Both the position numbers and the translations under genes were made by a program. Shown piece by piece: positions 24,988-37,600 of a DNA stretch of 49,410 nucleotides (the stretch's first letter is position 1; every line of letters starts with the position of its first letter). The notes beneath the pieces are model-generated. The model did no database searches. It was not told where the DNA came from and saw nothing but the letters and a program-made list of their open reading frames with translations. The DNA is from Octopus bimaculoides. Its lineage: Eukaryota. Location of the stretch: positions 132,546,981 to 132,596,390 of the forward strand of contig NC_068983.1 of NCBI RefSeq assembly GCF_001194135.2, in the 5' to 3' direction.

Positions 24988-26574
24988 GTTGTGAATAAAT
25001 TATTTGTCGTTTAGAGAATTTAGAACTAGCCACTTCTTTGCTCATATACATATGTATCAGAAGGAATCTATTAGACCTAAATCCCATGCTTGGAAAAGAA
25101 CTATTTTAGCAGACGTAAATATTTCTTACAAACTGCACCTCACACTCCAGCAGCATAATTTGTTTTTGAAGAGCCTGTTTGCAATAACGTGACTGCAATA
25201 CCGCCTACATCATTGCTCGACGGAAAGGAACATAATTTCTTTTGATTTTATATTCACATTGACAGGAGGTATATCCATTGCATTCGCAGGTCCCACGAAA
25301 CATGTCCGAATGAGAGTGTAGAAATTTTAATAGGTTTCACACGAAACGAATACAAGGAGTGATACATGAAGGTCTATATGTCAATGTAACTCATTTCTGT
25401 AAAACCTTTTAGAGAGTGGACACAATATGGATGACGAGAGAATTGGAGACAAGTGAGACAGTGGTAAATATAAACACTAGAATGAGAACAACACCAGCAA
25501 TCTCAACGTGTTTGAGACAGAAATGGAGGGGAAGAGGCATAGAGAGGTGACACTTCTAATTTGGGCAATAGTCTTTTACAGAGTTTACAAGCAATTCAAA
25601 AAGAAACAGTCCAATAACATTTCTTTATACGTTGTCATTCAAATTTATCTTTGTGAGAGCAGCACAATATCCAATGTGGAAGCAATATTCCATATCACCT
25701 AAGGTTTGGAGAGCGTAATAAGTTTACATAGCGAAAAGGAATGTCAGAAGGTTACAAATAATTCAATATTTTCAAACTAACTATATACATTTTAATGTAT
25801 GAACGAATGACTTCATATACTCAATTAAGCAACAGTAGTTCCGAATAAAAAAAAAATATTATACAGATTGATTTAGATGACGATTATAACTATTTTTTTC
25901 TCATCCCCTGTTGTTGCTGTTATCTATTTGAATACGAATTCTATTTACATTGAGTAACGTATCGTAACAATCTCTACAGAACTACGGATTATTAGATTCT
26001 ACTCTCGAATCACTTGTTCATATATTCAAGCTATTCGCCTCCTTCATCTCATGTCAGTCTTCATAAATATATTGAAGTCTCATAATATCTGCATTTATAA
26101 CATACATACATATATACGTATACGCAAATACATGCATATACATATGCATATACATATGCATATGTAAATATATATGTCTGTACATATACAATTTTTATTA
26201 TTTTTCTTTTTTTTTCTCCGTCATCATTCATTTTATAAATACTTAACTTTATATAGAATGTTTTGAATACCTAAAAATCTTAACTTTACGCTTCAGCGAG
26301 GATGTGAAGTTCTCAGCAGACGATGCATAAGATAACACTGGCAGAAGGTTAGAGGCACTTATTTCATATATAAAGTGCTATTGAGTATTCATCGTTTGCA
26401 TTGGTTCAATGAATCAAAGTTCGCAGTGTCACCATAGACGATAACGTTACCATTGTGATAATTATGAATATCAGGAGATGTGTGTATGACAAATGTCATA
26501 AATGTCGCCAGCACATCTATTTTCATCTTTTTGGGGGAGTGGGGGAACCAAGAACACAAAACGCCGGAACAATT

Positions 26575-26608
26575 TTATTGATGCGACCTTTTACGGTCGC
26601 ATCAATAA
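26575..26608. repeat. Perfect 14-bp hairpin with 6-nt loop
   Basis: ttattgatgcgacc-ttttac-ggtcgcatcaataa. Confidence 0.96.
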
Positions 26609-26807
26609 TATATTAAAAGCTATCTAAAAGAAAACCGCCTATATTTTAAATTGGTGCAGTAGGCGAAGTAAGAGGAAAATGCTTAATTCACAAGGTTTGG
26701 TGAGGTGTATGAATATATATGAATGCTACAGTAAGCTGCAGACACAAATACGAATAAGCACATGCACACATTTTGTATATGCGTGTGTGTCTATGACTGT
26801 ATCTCTG

Positions 26808-26874
<67 letters not shown>

Positions 26875-27012
26875 ATGCTTATATAAAGGGCATTATAATT
26901 ATATTCTTGGGAATAGAAATTTCCCTAATGAATTTTTTTACACACTGGCTTCTTGATAAAATTCTTGTAAAAGTGTTTTATCCTTTTTTGAATTTATTTA
27001 TATATATGTATG

Positions 27013-27583
27013 TATAGGCAATAACAAAATGGAGAGGATACAAAACGACATACATCATCCGGTAGACATTCCAGTGTGTCTATTTATTCCAAAGCGTTAG
27101 AACGTATTAGAAGAAAACAAACACATGCAGTAACTATACCCAATTCATTTTCATAAGTTATACTTCTCTTACAGCCTCATGTTTGCTCCTATTCATTTTC
27201 TTGTTCTGCCCTTTTCAATAATAACAATTACACTGTAACTATTGTTAACTGTTTATTATATTCATTAGCCATCCTAAGCGATTAGACCCTCTGAAGAAGC
27301 CTAGAGGCACACTCACCATTCAAACTTTTTATCTGCCCATCCCTACAGAACACTGAAGAGATGGAGATGGCATAGAGGATATCCTTGGCACTTGACAGAA
27401 ACGGCCGTAAGGATCTGATCTTTTGCTCTTTTCTGTAATATTAATACATGTGTGTGTAACACAATTATGCATGTGTATGTTTTCTAAAACTTTCCAATGT
27501 CTTGGAATAAATAGACACACTGGTATGCCTACCGGATGGTGTATTTCGTTTTGTATCCTCTCCATTTTCTTATTTGCCGTATA
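27013..27583. repeat. ~120-bp inverted repeat (27013-27133 / 27465-27583), possibly PLE-derived
   Basis: aaaatggagaggatacaaaacga..catccggtag..ccagtgtgtctatttattccaa on both strands; the spacer has CTGAAGA-a-GCCT-ag-AGGC at 27291-27308. Confidence 0.9.
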
Positions 27584-27721
27584 AATTTCACCCCGCCCAT
27601 ATATGACATTCAGTTGCGAGATTGTCACGCAATAACCAGCATTTGGGTATGAATAATTTGGTGCAGCAGTTTATTGGATAGGCACTATCCCTTAGTTGGT
27701 TGGTTTCCTAACCTCTAACTG

Positions 27722-27786
<65 letters not shown>

Positions 27787-28205
27787 ATGTATGTATATGT
27801 ATATATTTTATATACTGTATATAATCCAAACAAGATGACAAAGAAGTATTTTAGCATATTTTTAATGATCACTTACAATTGTTTCGGTGTACCACCTTGA
27901 TTTAAATGGCACGTCATTCAAGTGTTCCACGTAGAAAGTTATTTAATATTTTCTGTTTTAAACATCAGTGGCATTTCATCAGACTTTCATCCAAAAGCCC
28001 GGTCCGGAATCCTGCAACAATTAAGCGTTGGATGTTGCTGATATTGGGAGGAAACAATGAGTATAAAACAATAAAAAAATGCAGACAAACCTTATATATT
28101 ACCAAATCATATAAGGATGTTTTAGGATGTGTGCATATATAGATGTGTATATATATAAGTATATATACACATACGTAAATAAATAGATGCATACATACAT
28201 ACATA

Positions 28206-28432
28206 NNNNNNNNNNNNNNNNNNNNNNNNNNNNNNNNNNNNNNNNNNNNNNNNNNNNNNNNNNNNNNNNNNNNNNNNNNNNNNNNNNNNNNNNNNNNNNN
28301 NNNNNNNNNNNNNNNNNNNNNNNNNNNNNNNNNNNNNNNNNNNNNNNNNNNNNNNNNNNNNNNNNNNNNNNNNNNNNNNNNNNNNNNNNNNNNNNNNNNN
28401 NNNNNNNNNNNNNNNNNNNNNNNNNNNNNNNN
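28206..28432. other. Assembly gap
   Basis: N run. Confidence 0.99.
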
Positions 28433-28461
28433 TATATATATATATATATATACATATATAC

Positions 28462-28506
<45 letters not shown>

Positions 28507-28949
28507 TAAATAGATAGATAGATAGATACATAGATAGATAGATAGATAGATACATAGATAAATAGAAATTGATACAGATATAGATATGCATACAGATATA
28601 GATATGGATATAGATAGATATATATACGTGTTCATGTATTTGTTTCCCAAGATTCTTGATGTGAAATCATGTGTTGAAACAAATATTGTTATATTTCGGG
28701 ATGGTCCTTTTGTCAATTCGCACACGCACTATTTAGTATTTTCACTTTAGCTTTAGTATTGAAACTAATTTATTTTTCAGAGTTCATTTGTTACACATTT
28801 TGTAACGTCTTCAATGACTACTTGTTTTCCATGTCTCTTCTATTCACTGGACCTGCCTGTCTTGTCTAGTTTGCCTTTCTGTGGAATAGAACGACAAAAT
28901 GGAATAGGCAGCACAGGAAGAAGAAGAGAAGAAGAGAAGAGAAGAATAT

Positions 28950-29180
28950 GGCGATCTAGCAGAAACGTTAGCAGCCCAGGCGAATTGCTTAGTGGTATTT
29001 CGTCTGCCGCTAAGTTCTGAGTTCAAATTCCGCCGAGGTCGACTTTGCCTTTCATCCTTTCGGGGTCGATTAAATAAGTACCATTTACGCACTGGGGTCG
29101 ATATAATCGACTTAATCCGTTTGTCTGTCCTTGTTTGTTCCCTCTGCGCGTAACCCCTTGTGGGCAGTAAAGAAATAAGG
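28950..29180 (+). mobile_element. Near-intact tRNA-derived SINE
   Basis: Head ggcgatctagcagaaacgttagc; B-box gagttcaaattcc; central gcctttcatcctttcggggtcgat..aagtacc; tail ..ccccttgtgggcagtaaagaaat. Homologous to 30001-30232 and others. Confidence 0.9.
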
Positions 29181-29299
29181 AAGAAGAGAAGAGAAACAGA
29201 AACAAATAGTCATTGAAGGTCTCACAGAATACCTGACGAAAGAACGCACGCAAATAAACTAGTAATAATAATACACGTATATTTACACACGTGTATATG

Positions 29300-29349
<50 letters not shown>

Positions 29350-29354
29350 TATAT

Positions 29355-29785
29355 ATTAGGGCGTCAAGTATGAAATTTGTAGAAAAGAAAAATGTTTTCT
29401 AATGTTTTATAAATACAAGAAATAGTTTTATAAATATATGAAACAGTTTTATTCATCAAAGGATGCATCCATATTGTCAATACACTTTTGCCATTTCAGT
29501 TGTAGCTTGTCCAACCAGGAACTGTAAAAGTTTGGCAATCTAGAGTCAATAAAATCTTGGAAGGCCTGTTTTACAGCATCGACGGAAGTATATTTTTTCC
29601 TATCAAAAAGTTATCCAAATTCTGGAAGAAGTTTTTATCTGTCGGCGCAAGATCAGGCGAGTATGGTGGATGCTGGATAAATGCCAACACCAACTGCTGT
29701 AGTTCCGCCAATGTCATTTTTGCGATCTGGTCTGTATTGTCTGGCGTTGTCTTGTGAAAAAAATAGTAGAGGATCTACTGACTAA
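29355..29785 (-). mobile_element. Mariner transposase 3' relic
   Basis: Minus strand: PLLFFHKTTPD..IAKMTLAELQQL..IQHPPYSPDLAPTDKNFFQNLDNFLIGK. Confidence 0.88.
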
Positions 29786-29824
29786 TCTAAGCTGCTTCTG
29801 AGTGTGTGTGTGCGCGTGTGTTTG

Positions 29825-29925
29825 TGTGCGTGCGTGTGTGTATGTCGGTCTGTCTTTGTGCCCCCACAATCGCTTGACAACCGATGTTGGCGTGTTTATA
29901 TCCCTGAAAGAGACCGATAGAATTC
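29825..29925 (+). mobile_element. Internally deleted SINE fragment (second family)
   Basis: gtgcccccacaatcgcttgacaaccgatgttggcgtgtttatatccc..gagaccgatagaat; homologous to 20543-20760. Confidence 0.6.
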
Positions 29926-30000
29926 GACAAAAACCCTTTAACGAGGTGCTCCATATGCCTGAAACTCATAAAAGAATACGTGCGTATGTGATTATGTGTT

Positions 30001-30232
30001 ATTTCTTTACTACCCACAAGGGGCTACACACAGAGGGGACAAACTAGGACAGACAAACGGATTAAGTCGATTATACCAACGCCAGTGCGTAACTGGTACT
30101 TATTTGATCGACCCCGAAAGGATGAAAGGCAAAATCGACCTCGGCGGAATTTGAACTCAGAACGTAGCGGCAGACGAAATACCGCTAAGCATTTCGCCCG
30201 GCGTGCTAACGTTTCTGCCAGTTCGCCGCCTT
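30001..30232 (-). mobile_element. Near-intact tRNA-derived SINE
   Basis: Reverse complement closely matches 28950-29180 from head (ggcggcgaactggcagaaacgttagc) to tail. Confidence 0.92.
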
Positions 30233-30466
30233 GTATGTGTTTATGTGTGTTGGGGGTGTAACAAAGATACACAAACGTTAGAAAATTCCTCGGGAGCGGG
30301 CCAAAGTTTCCCAAATACAACTAGACTGAAAGAATGTTGTTTGGCTTACTAGATAAATGGTAGAAGATATTTCAATATTACTTTTCTGAAAACCACAACA
30401 TCAATACCAACTTACGAGCTCCAAAACAACATATATAATTACGATAATTCTTTCTACTTCAAACGC

Positions 30467-30732
30467 AAGGCATGGAATTATGGGGAAAGATCAATCGATT
30501 ACATCGACCCCCCATTATTCACATGGTACTTATTCTATCGATCCCGTAATGATAAAAAAACAAAGCTGACATCAGCGAGTTTTCAATTCAGAACGACCCT
30601 GTGCGTAACTGGTATTTATTTCATCGACCCCGAAAGGATGAAAGGGAAAGATGACCTAAGTGGAATCTGATCTTAGAACGTAAAGTAGGACGAAATACCG
30701 GTTAGCACTTTGCGATCCTGTCAGCTCGCCGC
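30467..30732 (-). mobile_element. Two tandem partial SINE copies (~30467-30596, ~30597-30732)
   Basis: The atcgaccccgaaaggatgaaagg central domain occurs twice; head gcggcgagctgacagg at 30732. Confidence 0.78.
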
Positions 30733-31039
30733 GTGAGTTATTATTAGGATGTTTTTGAAAACTTCATCCCAAATATTTTATCCCAAATATTTTATCCCAA
30801 ATACTCGCTCATCTGTTACTCACCGCCAACTCAAGTTCCATCAACACCACTATCATCATCTTTTGTTCCCTCTCTTTCTCCTTCCTCTGTCTCGCCTTTC
30901 TTTCAATCCTTTCTGCCCCCACTCTCTCTCTCTCTCTCTCTTTGTGCTTATTTTAACCTCACAATCAGAACATTACCCTTCTGCTAAAATTTTAATAAAT
31001 CTCCTACTCTACCTCCAACTAACATTTTCAACCGTATAA

Positions 31040-31310
31040 TAAATATTACGTTCCCCCTACCTCATGTCATAGACGCTTCTCACGCCCTCTTTTTATTTCT
31101 CCCTCTTTCTGTTTCACCCTTCGCCTTATCCTCCTTTTTTGTCGCCTTTTCTTCCTCCCTTTTTCCTCTTTAACTAATCACATGAAAACGTTACAATTAC
31201 ATTCCCTGTACCTCACGTCACGGACCTTTCCCTCTCCCTCTTTTTTCCTCAGTCTTTTTCTCCCTTCCACTTTTCTTACTCTCTTTTTTTCTCTAATCAT
31301 ATGTAAACAT
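31040..31310. repeat. Degenerate ~150-bp tandem duplication, CT-rich
   Basis: attac(g/a)ttccc..tacctca(t/c)gtca(t/c)(a/g)gac at ~31044 and ~31196; ctaatca(c/t)atg(a/t)aaac at ~31173 and ~31293. Confidence 0.75.
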
Positions 31311-31374
31311 TACCAACGCGTTAAGTAACGCACTGACAAACAGAATTATTATCAAATAGTTATATTATAGATTG

Positions 31375-31610
31375 TCGAGGCACGTGCCTTAGTAGTTAGG
31401 GTGTTTGCATCATGATTGCAAGCTTGTGGTTTCGATTCCTGGACCGGATGGCGCGTTGGTTTCTATAGCAAAACACTTCATTTCACGTTGCTCCAGTCCA
31501 CTCAGTTGGCAAAAATGAGTAACGCTGCAATGGACTGGCGTCCCGTCCTGCTGGGGAGCACATAAACCATTGAAACCGGAAAACCGGACCCATGTGCCTT
31601 AAAAGGGCGC
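31375..31610 (+). mobile_element. tRNA-derived SINE, third family
   Basis: A-box-like gccttagtagttaggg, B-box-like gtttcgattcc, body ..cacttcatttcacgttgctccagtccactcag.., followed by an (att) tail. Confidence 0.78.
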
Positions 31611-34600
31611 ATTTATTATTTTTTTATATATTATTAATTGCTACAATATCAATGTGTAAAATTACAACCAAGGTTTAATCAAGAACCCCAAAGGTCCAGG
31701 TTTACTGTGAATAGCAAATTTCAATGCACACACACTCTCACCCTCTCTCTCTCTCTCCTTTTTCTCCCTTCTCTCCCGTGACCCCCCCTGTTCTCTGTCC
31801 ATCTCTCTTTCACACGGTCTCTCTCCATTCATCTTTCTTTCCCACTTCTCTCTCTCTACTATGCGACATTTTTTCCCTGACTTAAAGACTTATAATGATA
31901 GATCTATTCACCCAACAAAAGCTGCATTCAAGACTACTGTTTCCACTCTCCTACCCCTTCTAAATGGAACTTACAAACGTTTGAAGCAAAAATGCTCTTC
32001 GTATTTTCAAGATCCTTATCGGTACACTCTCTATTACTATAACTCCAAGCAGATAAATATCACATTTGCTTCTCCTTTGTCCCTAGGAAGGCGACGTTCA
32101 AAATTCTCAATGGACTCGACCGGCACACGGTACCATCTTTTCAAACAATCTCTACAAATCAGCAATGTGCAGACATTGAACGGATGAATGCTTCGTTGAT
32201 CCGTATATATCTTATATAATCCTATTCGACGGTACTTCGGTTAAATATTTGTTAGTTTTCCATTATCGCAAATGTTGTGCGTGGATAAGATTAGAACTGT
32301 AATCGCATCATATTAATAACAATGGAAGAAGAAGAAGAAACTAACTGTTTCCAACATTGATAGAATGTTTCACATTAAGGGAAGAGAAAAACCGATTATA
32401 TATATGCGAATAGTTTATTGACCTCAGGAGAAATGGAAGGCTACATTGGCCTTGGAGGCAATCCATTTGCCAATTTTTAAAATTCGCTTGTAAAATAAAT
32501 GAAAACTACCATTTAATGGATGAGCAATTGATTGGTAAATTATCTGCCTGGAGTTAAATTCGGGATCTTATGCCTGTATTAGTAAGTTTAACAGCAAAAG
32601 AGTATCAGATTCGTGAGCTCATCAAGGAAAAATGCCTTCCGCTATTTCTTTCTGATTTTTATATTCTGATTTGAACTCTCTGTGAGTCGTTTTCGTTATT
32701 CACTCTTCCAGTCATTAAAGTAATAAAATGTTCAAGTGTTGGATTCGATTTAATTTCAAAACTACTTGTACCAAGATTGCTGGTTTTGCACTAAAATTCG
32801 AAGTTAGTAGATGAGAGCAGTATATTCACATAATTTTTAGAGCGTCGCAAACATTCTATGTTGTATTTCTTCCAGTTCTTCACAGTTTGAGTTCAAATGT
32901 CACCGATATCAACTTTACCCTTATTCGCTACGTGGCGCATAAAGGAAAAGAAACATGTTTTATGTAATCGACAATTCTCCTCCCCTTAGAATTGTTTCTC
33001 TTGTGCTTAAATTAGAAACCATTATTCTTTCTCCCCCTCCTCTTTATTTATCTAACTCTTTTCCTATGTCCTATTCTTCTTAATAACAATTTCTTCATAT
33101 CAAATATCAAAAATATTTCGTCCTTTTCGCGTAGAAAATTTAATACTCTTAAACTCAACAAAAAAACTTAGCGTCTATGTTTAGTTGTAACACAATATTG
33201 GTTGGCTAATGAGATATATGAGTCTCATAAAACCTGTAAGAGATAACAGTCACTATTGTTGTTGTTTCAGAAATGTCTATTAACCATAAATATAATTCCT
33301 TCCTTATATTATTGAAATTGTGTCTCTATTCAAATATAGAAACGAAAAACAATTATTGATTTATTGATTGTTTCCTCGACATTAAAATATAATTGAGTTA
33401 AGTGATAGCTGTCAGATTTTGCTGAAAATAAATTTGAACAGTTATCACTTATCTCAGATGATATTTAATAAAACTTAAACTAAAGACAAGGAAACGTCTA
33501 CGGTACACATCCGTTAAAATACAGAAGGAAAAAAAGAACGTCATTCAGAAATTGAGATGATAAAATACTGGCGTACGAAGATAAATGCCTACTTGTCAAT
33601 ACATGGGCAATTTATTGAATACCTTTAATGAGTTAAATACATTTTAAAATCAAATTGTCAAATAAAATTGCCCTGACTGCGCATTTCACACCCCATTATC
33701 TAGTATAATGCATGCAACAATGAACCTTACATACATTTATTATTCAACCTCATTTAACTTCTAAGACACAATTTTAAGTTATATACATTGTATGTATACT
33801 CTCTTTCTCACCTTTGACAGTTTCATTCTCACTCTATATAAAGTATTATGCATTATTTCAACTAAACTTCCCTCATTGATTCGCTTGTAGATCACTTCAG
33901 GTACTCATATACAGCATGTCATCGAATGTTTTAAACAGTGGTTATGAATATTTTTGGTCCGTTTTGCTGGGATATCATCGTGGTATTTACCTTACATTAC
34001 AAGTAACCTTCTCAAATGCACTAAGTACAGCAAGATAGAAAATACTTCAAATCAGCAGAAATTAAAGGAAACAGCACAAAAACTAAGCAGCTAAAATAAG
34101 CGAATATGTTGTTTGTGAATATGATTTCTGACGTTTGACACATGATCAGTTTCTGGAGGAGTTAGAGATATTACTCTTGTCAGGTGCGCTGAGTGGGATT
34201 GTCTTAGGTTGCAATTTGAAACGATATAACAATAGCATTCTTCTACGAATTTGTCATTAGAACGTCTCTATACTAAAACATGTCTGAGGAACGAAATGAT
34301 TATACGTGTTTAGCCAAGAAAATTGGATGCTATGCTTTACGCATATTTCTCAGGCTTTCTTAGCAATGGCGTAACAATGCCACAGGTAGAGTTCCTTAGT
34401 CGTTCTTCAGATCATATAAGTTTCGAAGTGGTCATACTTCACATATTTTCTTTATACCTATATGCCACTATACAATAAATTCGGTTGTTAATTTTGCTCT
34501 TGACTGACACAGAGAATATATCAAATTCTATGGATTTGTATACCTGTTGGACAAAAGTTTCGTTTATCTAATATGCTTTGGACACTTTGGTAAATACTAA

Positions 34601-37600
34601 TCATCATAAAATATTATCCTGGTCTTCTGAATTATTTTACTTATGATATACAAAGAGAGAGAAAGACATAGAGTAAAAAAAGAACGAAAGTACCGCTTCT
34701 GTTATGGTTGACTGTCCTCTCTCATACGAAACAGGCTTAGCAACGTTTCTCCTCTGAAAGGCCAACAGTGGCTTCAGGAAGGCAACTCTCCTCGTCTAAT
34801 ATGTAAAATGTTATGCAAAGTAATGTTAATGGCGAAATAGATTTGTTCCAGTGTTGTTGGTGGCCTTGCCGTCATAACTTACAATCAGATCAGCTACCAC
34901 CACACATTCAATTCAACTCCTTATCTGTTCCGCCAGTCCACCAAAGAGTTTCTTGGTATTCCCCGATATTGCATGGAAATATTGTTGAGAATTCATGATT
35001 TATTGTAATTCATAACTAGTTTGAAAGACACAGATGCATTGTTCATTAAGATTGACAACGGTTTTCTTCTATGTATCAAAATCAAATACATTAAAATATG
35101 TGGTCGAATTGATCAGATATTTGATTTCTGTGACCGACATTTGTTAAGTATGACCTAGATTGTGACGTTCAATTATTCCGCCAAGTTTATTCGTATAGAA
35201 ATTTCTATATGAACGCAGAAAATGTGTTTTGGATGCCTTTCTGAAACATTATCTTTCATTTCAATCCAGCTGGTTATTCACAAATTTACGGTAGAGTTCA
35301 GCTCTGTAGTTTCAATGGAAGCTTTTAGTATCGCTTATAAAAGTAATTCAGGCGCGAAATCCGTTTATTCAGTTTCAACGAAAACGACAAATCGCTGATA
35401 ATCTACGCATATTTATGCCTGAAAAATCCTTTCCTCTAACCTCGCACTTACCAAACAATCACTAAATTCATTTTACAAATGGAGAAAGCCTTTGTCATGA
35501 TTGTACATAAATAATCTCACATTAAATTGAGACTAATAGAATATATTATTAGTTCAAGATAAATGCTTATAGATTCAGCTAGCATTCCATGTTTTCCTTC
35601 CATGCTTTACATATACTAAACTCTTATTGCTTCCATTGTACAATACTTCATCTTACCTGAATCGATGAAAAACTTCAAAGAGTTTGGGTCACAGTTACAG
35701 TTTATCTGTTTGTTCAGGTCATAGAAATACTTGCACCGAAACTCTACTTTTCCTTTGAGTAAGTCGCAATAAATCAAATGTGGATTGAGACATTATAAAC
35801 ATTTGTTAACCTATAGGTGATATCATGGTTTCTGTAGTGCACAACTAAATAATATGTGCTATTCATTTGTCAGTAATAATCGTTCTCACTGTCATTTAGA
35901 TATTGATTTAATAGATGTTTGGATCGATATAAATGTGATTATGAGTGTATCTTTTCAGAATGCGGAATTGGTTTCAAGTCTAGTTGAGAGTCTGGATATT
36001 TGACTTTTAAGAAACTTTTCGTTGAATACTTACATTTCTACGTTCGTCAAGCTTAAATATATTATTCATTATGGTAATACTAAATGATAGAATGGAAAAT
36101 GATGTGGACTACCTATTTCCAAGCAGCCAAGCTGTCGTCTACATTACGTTCAATATTTGCAGTATACACAACTTTCTTCCTGGTGTCCTAATTTACAACA
36201 TCAGAAAAGATTGTAGCCAATTGTATTGTACTATTGCATTTTATCTACTATTTTCGAGATGTCAGGGTCGCTTATGAATAGAAAAACATATCATATTCAT
36301 TTAAACAGGGATGTTTAAAACAATGAAATAAAAAAATAATAATATCGTAAATACAATTATATACTTTATATAAACAAATTACAAGCCAAATGTACAGTTG
36401 CCTAACATATTGCCTAGCGGGCTGAGCTGTAACTATACTCTCTGTTACTGTGTTTATTCTGCAACTCACATAATTGTTTTACTGTCCAACCGTAACCTTC
36501 ATTATTGAACAAGGGAAGGATGCTATGGTCGAATTTACTTGAAATTTGAAATTCAGCTTTTACAACTTTATTGTATATACAGTTTATATTGCTGGGAATC
36601 GCAGGGATAATATTTGGTCAAATCTGGACGTGATAGATTATTTCAGATAATCTATATAAAATCGGTGTACCAACTTGGCATAAGTTTATTCTAAGCATCA
36701 TACTAACAACATCTTGTACTTCGAATAACGGAAATATATTTCATAACAGGGCACATATTTTGCTACTGCAGTTATTCCCAATAAATATAGCAGCTACAAT
36801 ACTAGCACAGTATAACAGCGATGCATTCTTAAAATGTAAAACCAGACACTCAGCAATCGGATGAAGTTGAATCCATACCATTACAATATGATTAAAACCA
36901 ACCTATGTCTATATCAAGATAGTTCATCCAAAATATCTTCTTATCTCTTCTCTTTTCTCAAGCTCTGATCTCATTAACATTTCTGCTGAACCAAACTAAC
37001 AAATGTTACAATTGCAAACTAAAAGACCACCAACCAATATTGATAATTCAAATCTGTTCACAAGACGAAATACATACTTGGATCATCTACTAAAATCGAT
37101 TTTATAAAATATACCAAGATACAGAAGTTAATATGTGACAAGATGACTATACCAAAGCTACCATAAAAAGAAAGAAAGTATCTAAAATACAATAATCAAT
37201 TTGATCCAAACATTGAGATAGCACCAAAAATTACACCAGAATTTCCAAAATATCCTTGGAAAGCACGAAATAGCTAAAACACAACAGCAGAGACATAAAG
37301 GAAAATTAGAAACGTGTCCTGCGGATGATTGAGAATAGTATTTAAATTAAAGTCAGATAATGAGATTGTGGATTTGCATAAAACAACTTTGTTAGTTCTA
37401 CACCAAATTGTTATTACAACAACTTGAACTTTAAAGGTATTTAAAACTTGACAGAAAAATATAACTATGAATCTATTAACAACGGTCTCAATGTAACACC
37501 TCAAAACTAATATCAATATTGTATGTATACTCTGTATGCAGACAAGACGAAAATAAAAGGAATATATGATACAAATTATAAACTCGTTTAAAGCAACAAG

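Noticed and set aside
28950-29050. tRNA-like A/B-box sequences (also 31375-31445, 611-690)
   Set aside because: They continue into SINE bodies and do not fold into a cloverleaf; not tRNA genes.
31861-32187. 108-aa ORF with ATG
   Set aside because: No recognisable motif, starts at the edge of a CT microsatellite, and its length is within chance expectation.
34830-35000. Minus-strand MNSQQ..QIRS-TGA-IECVVV reading as a possible selenoprotein
   Set aside because: Very short, no redox motif context, no SECIS, and no consistent splice sites.
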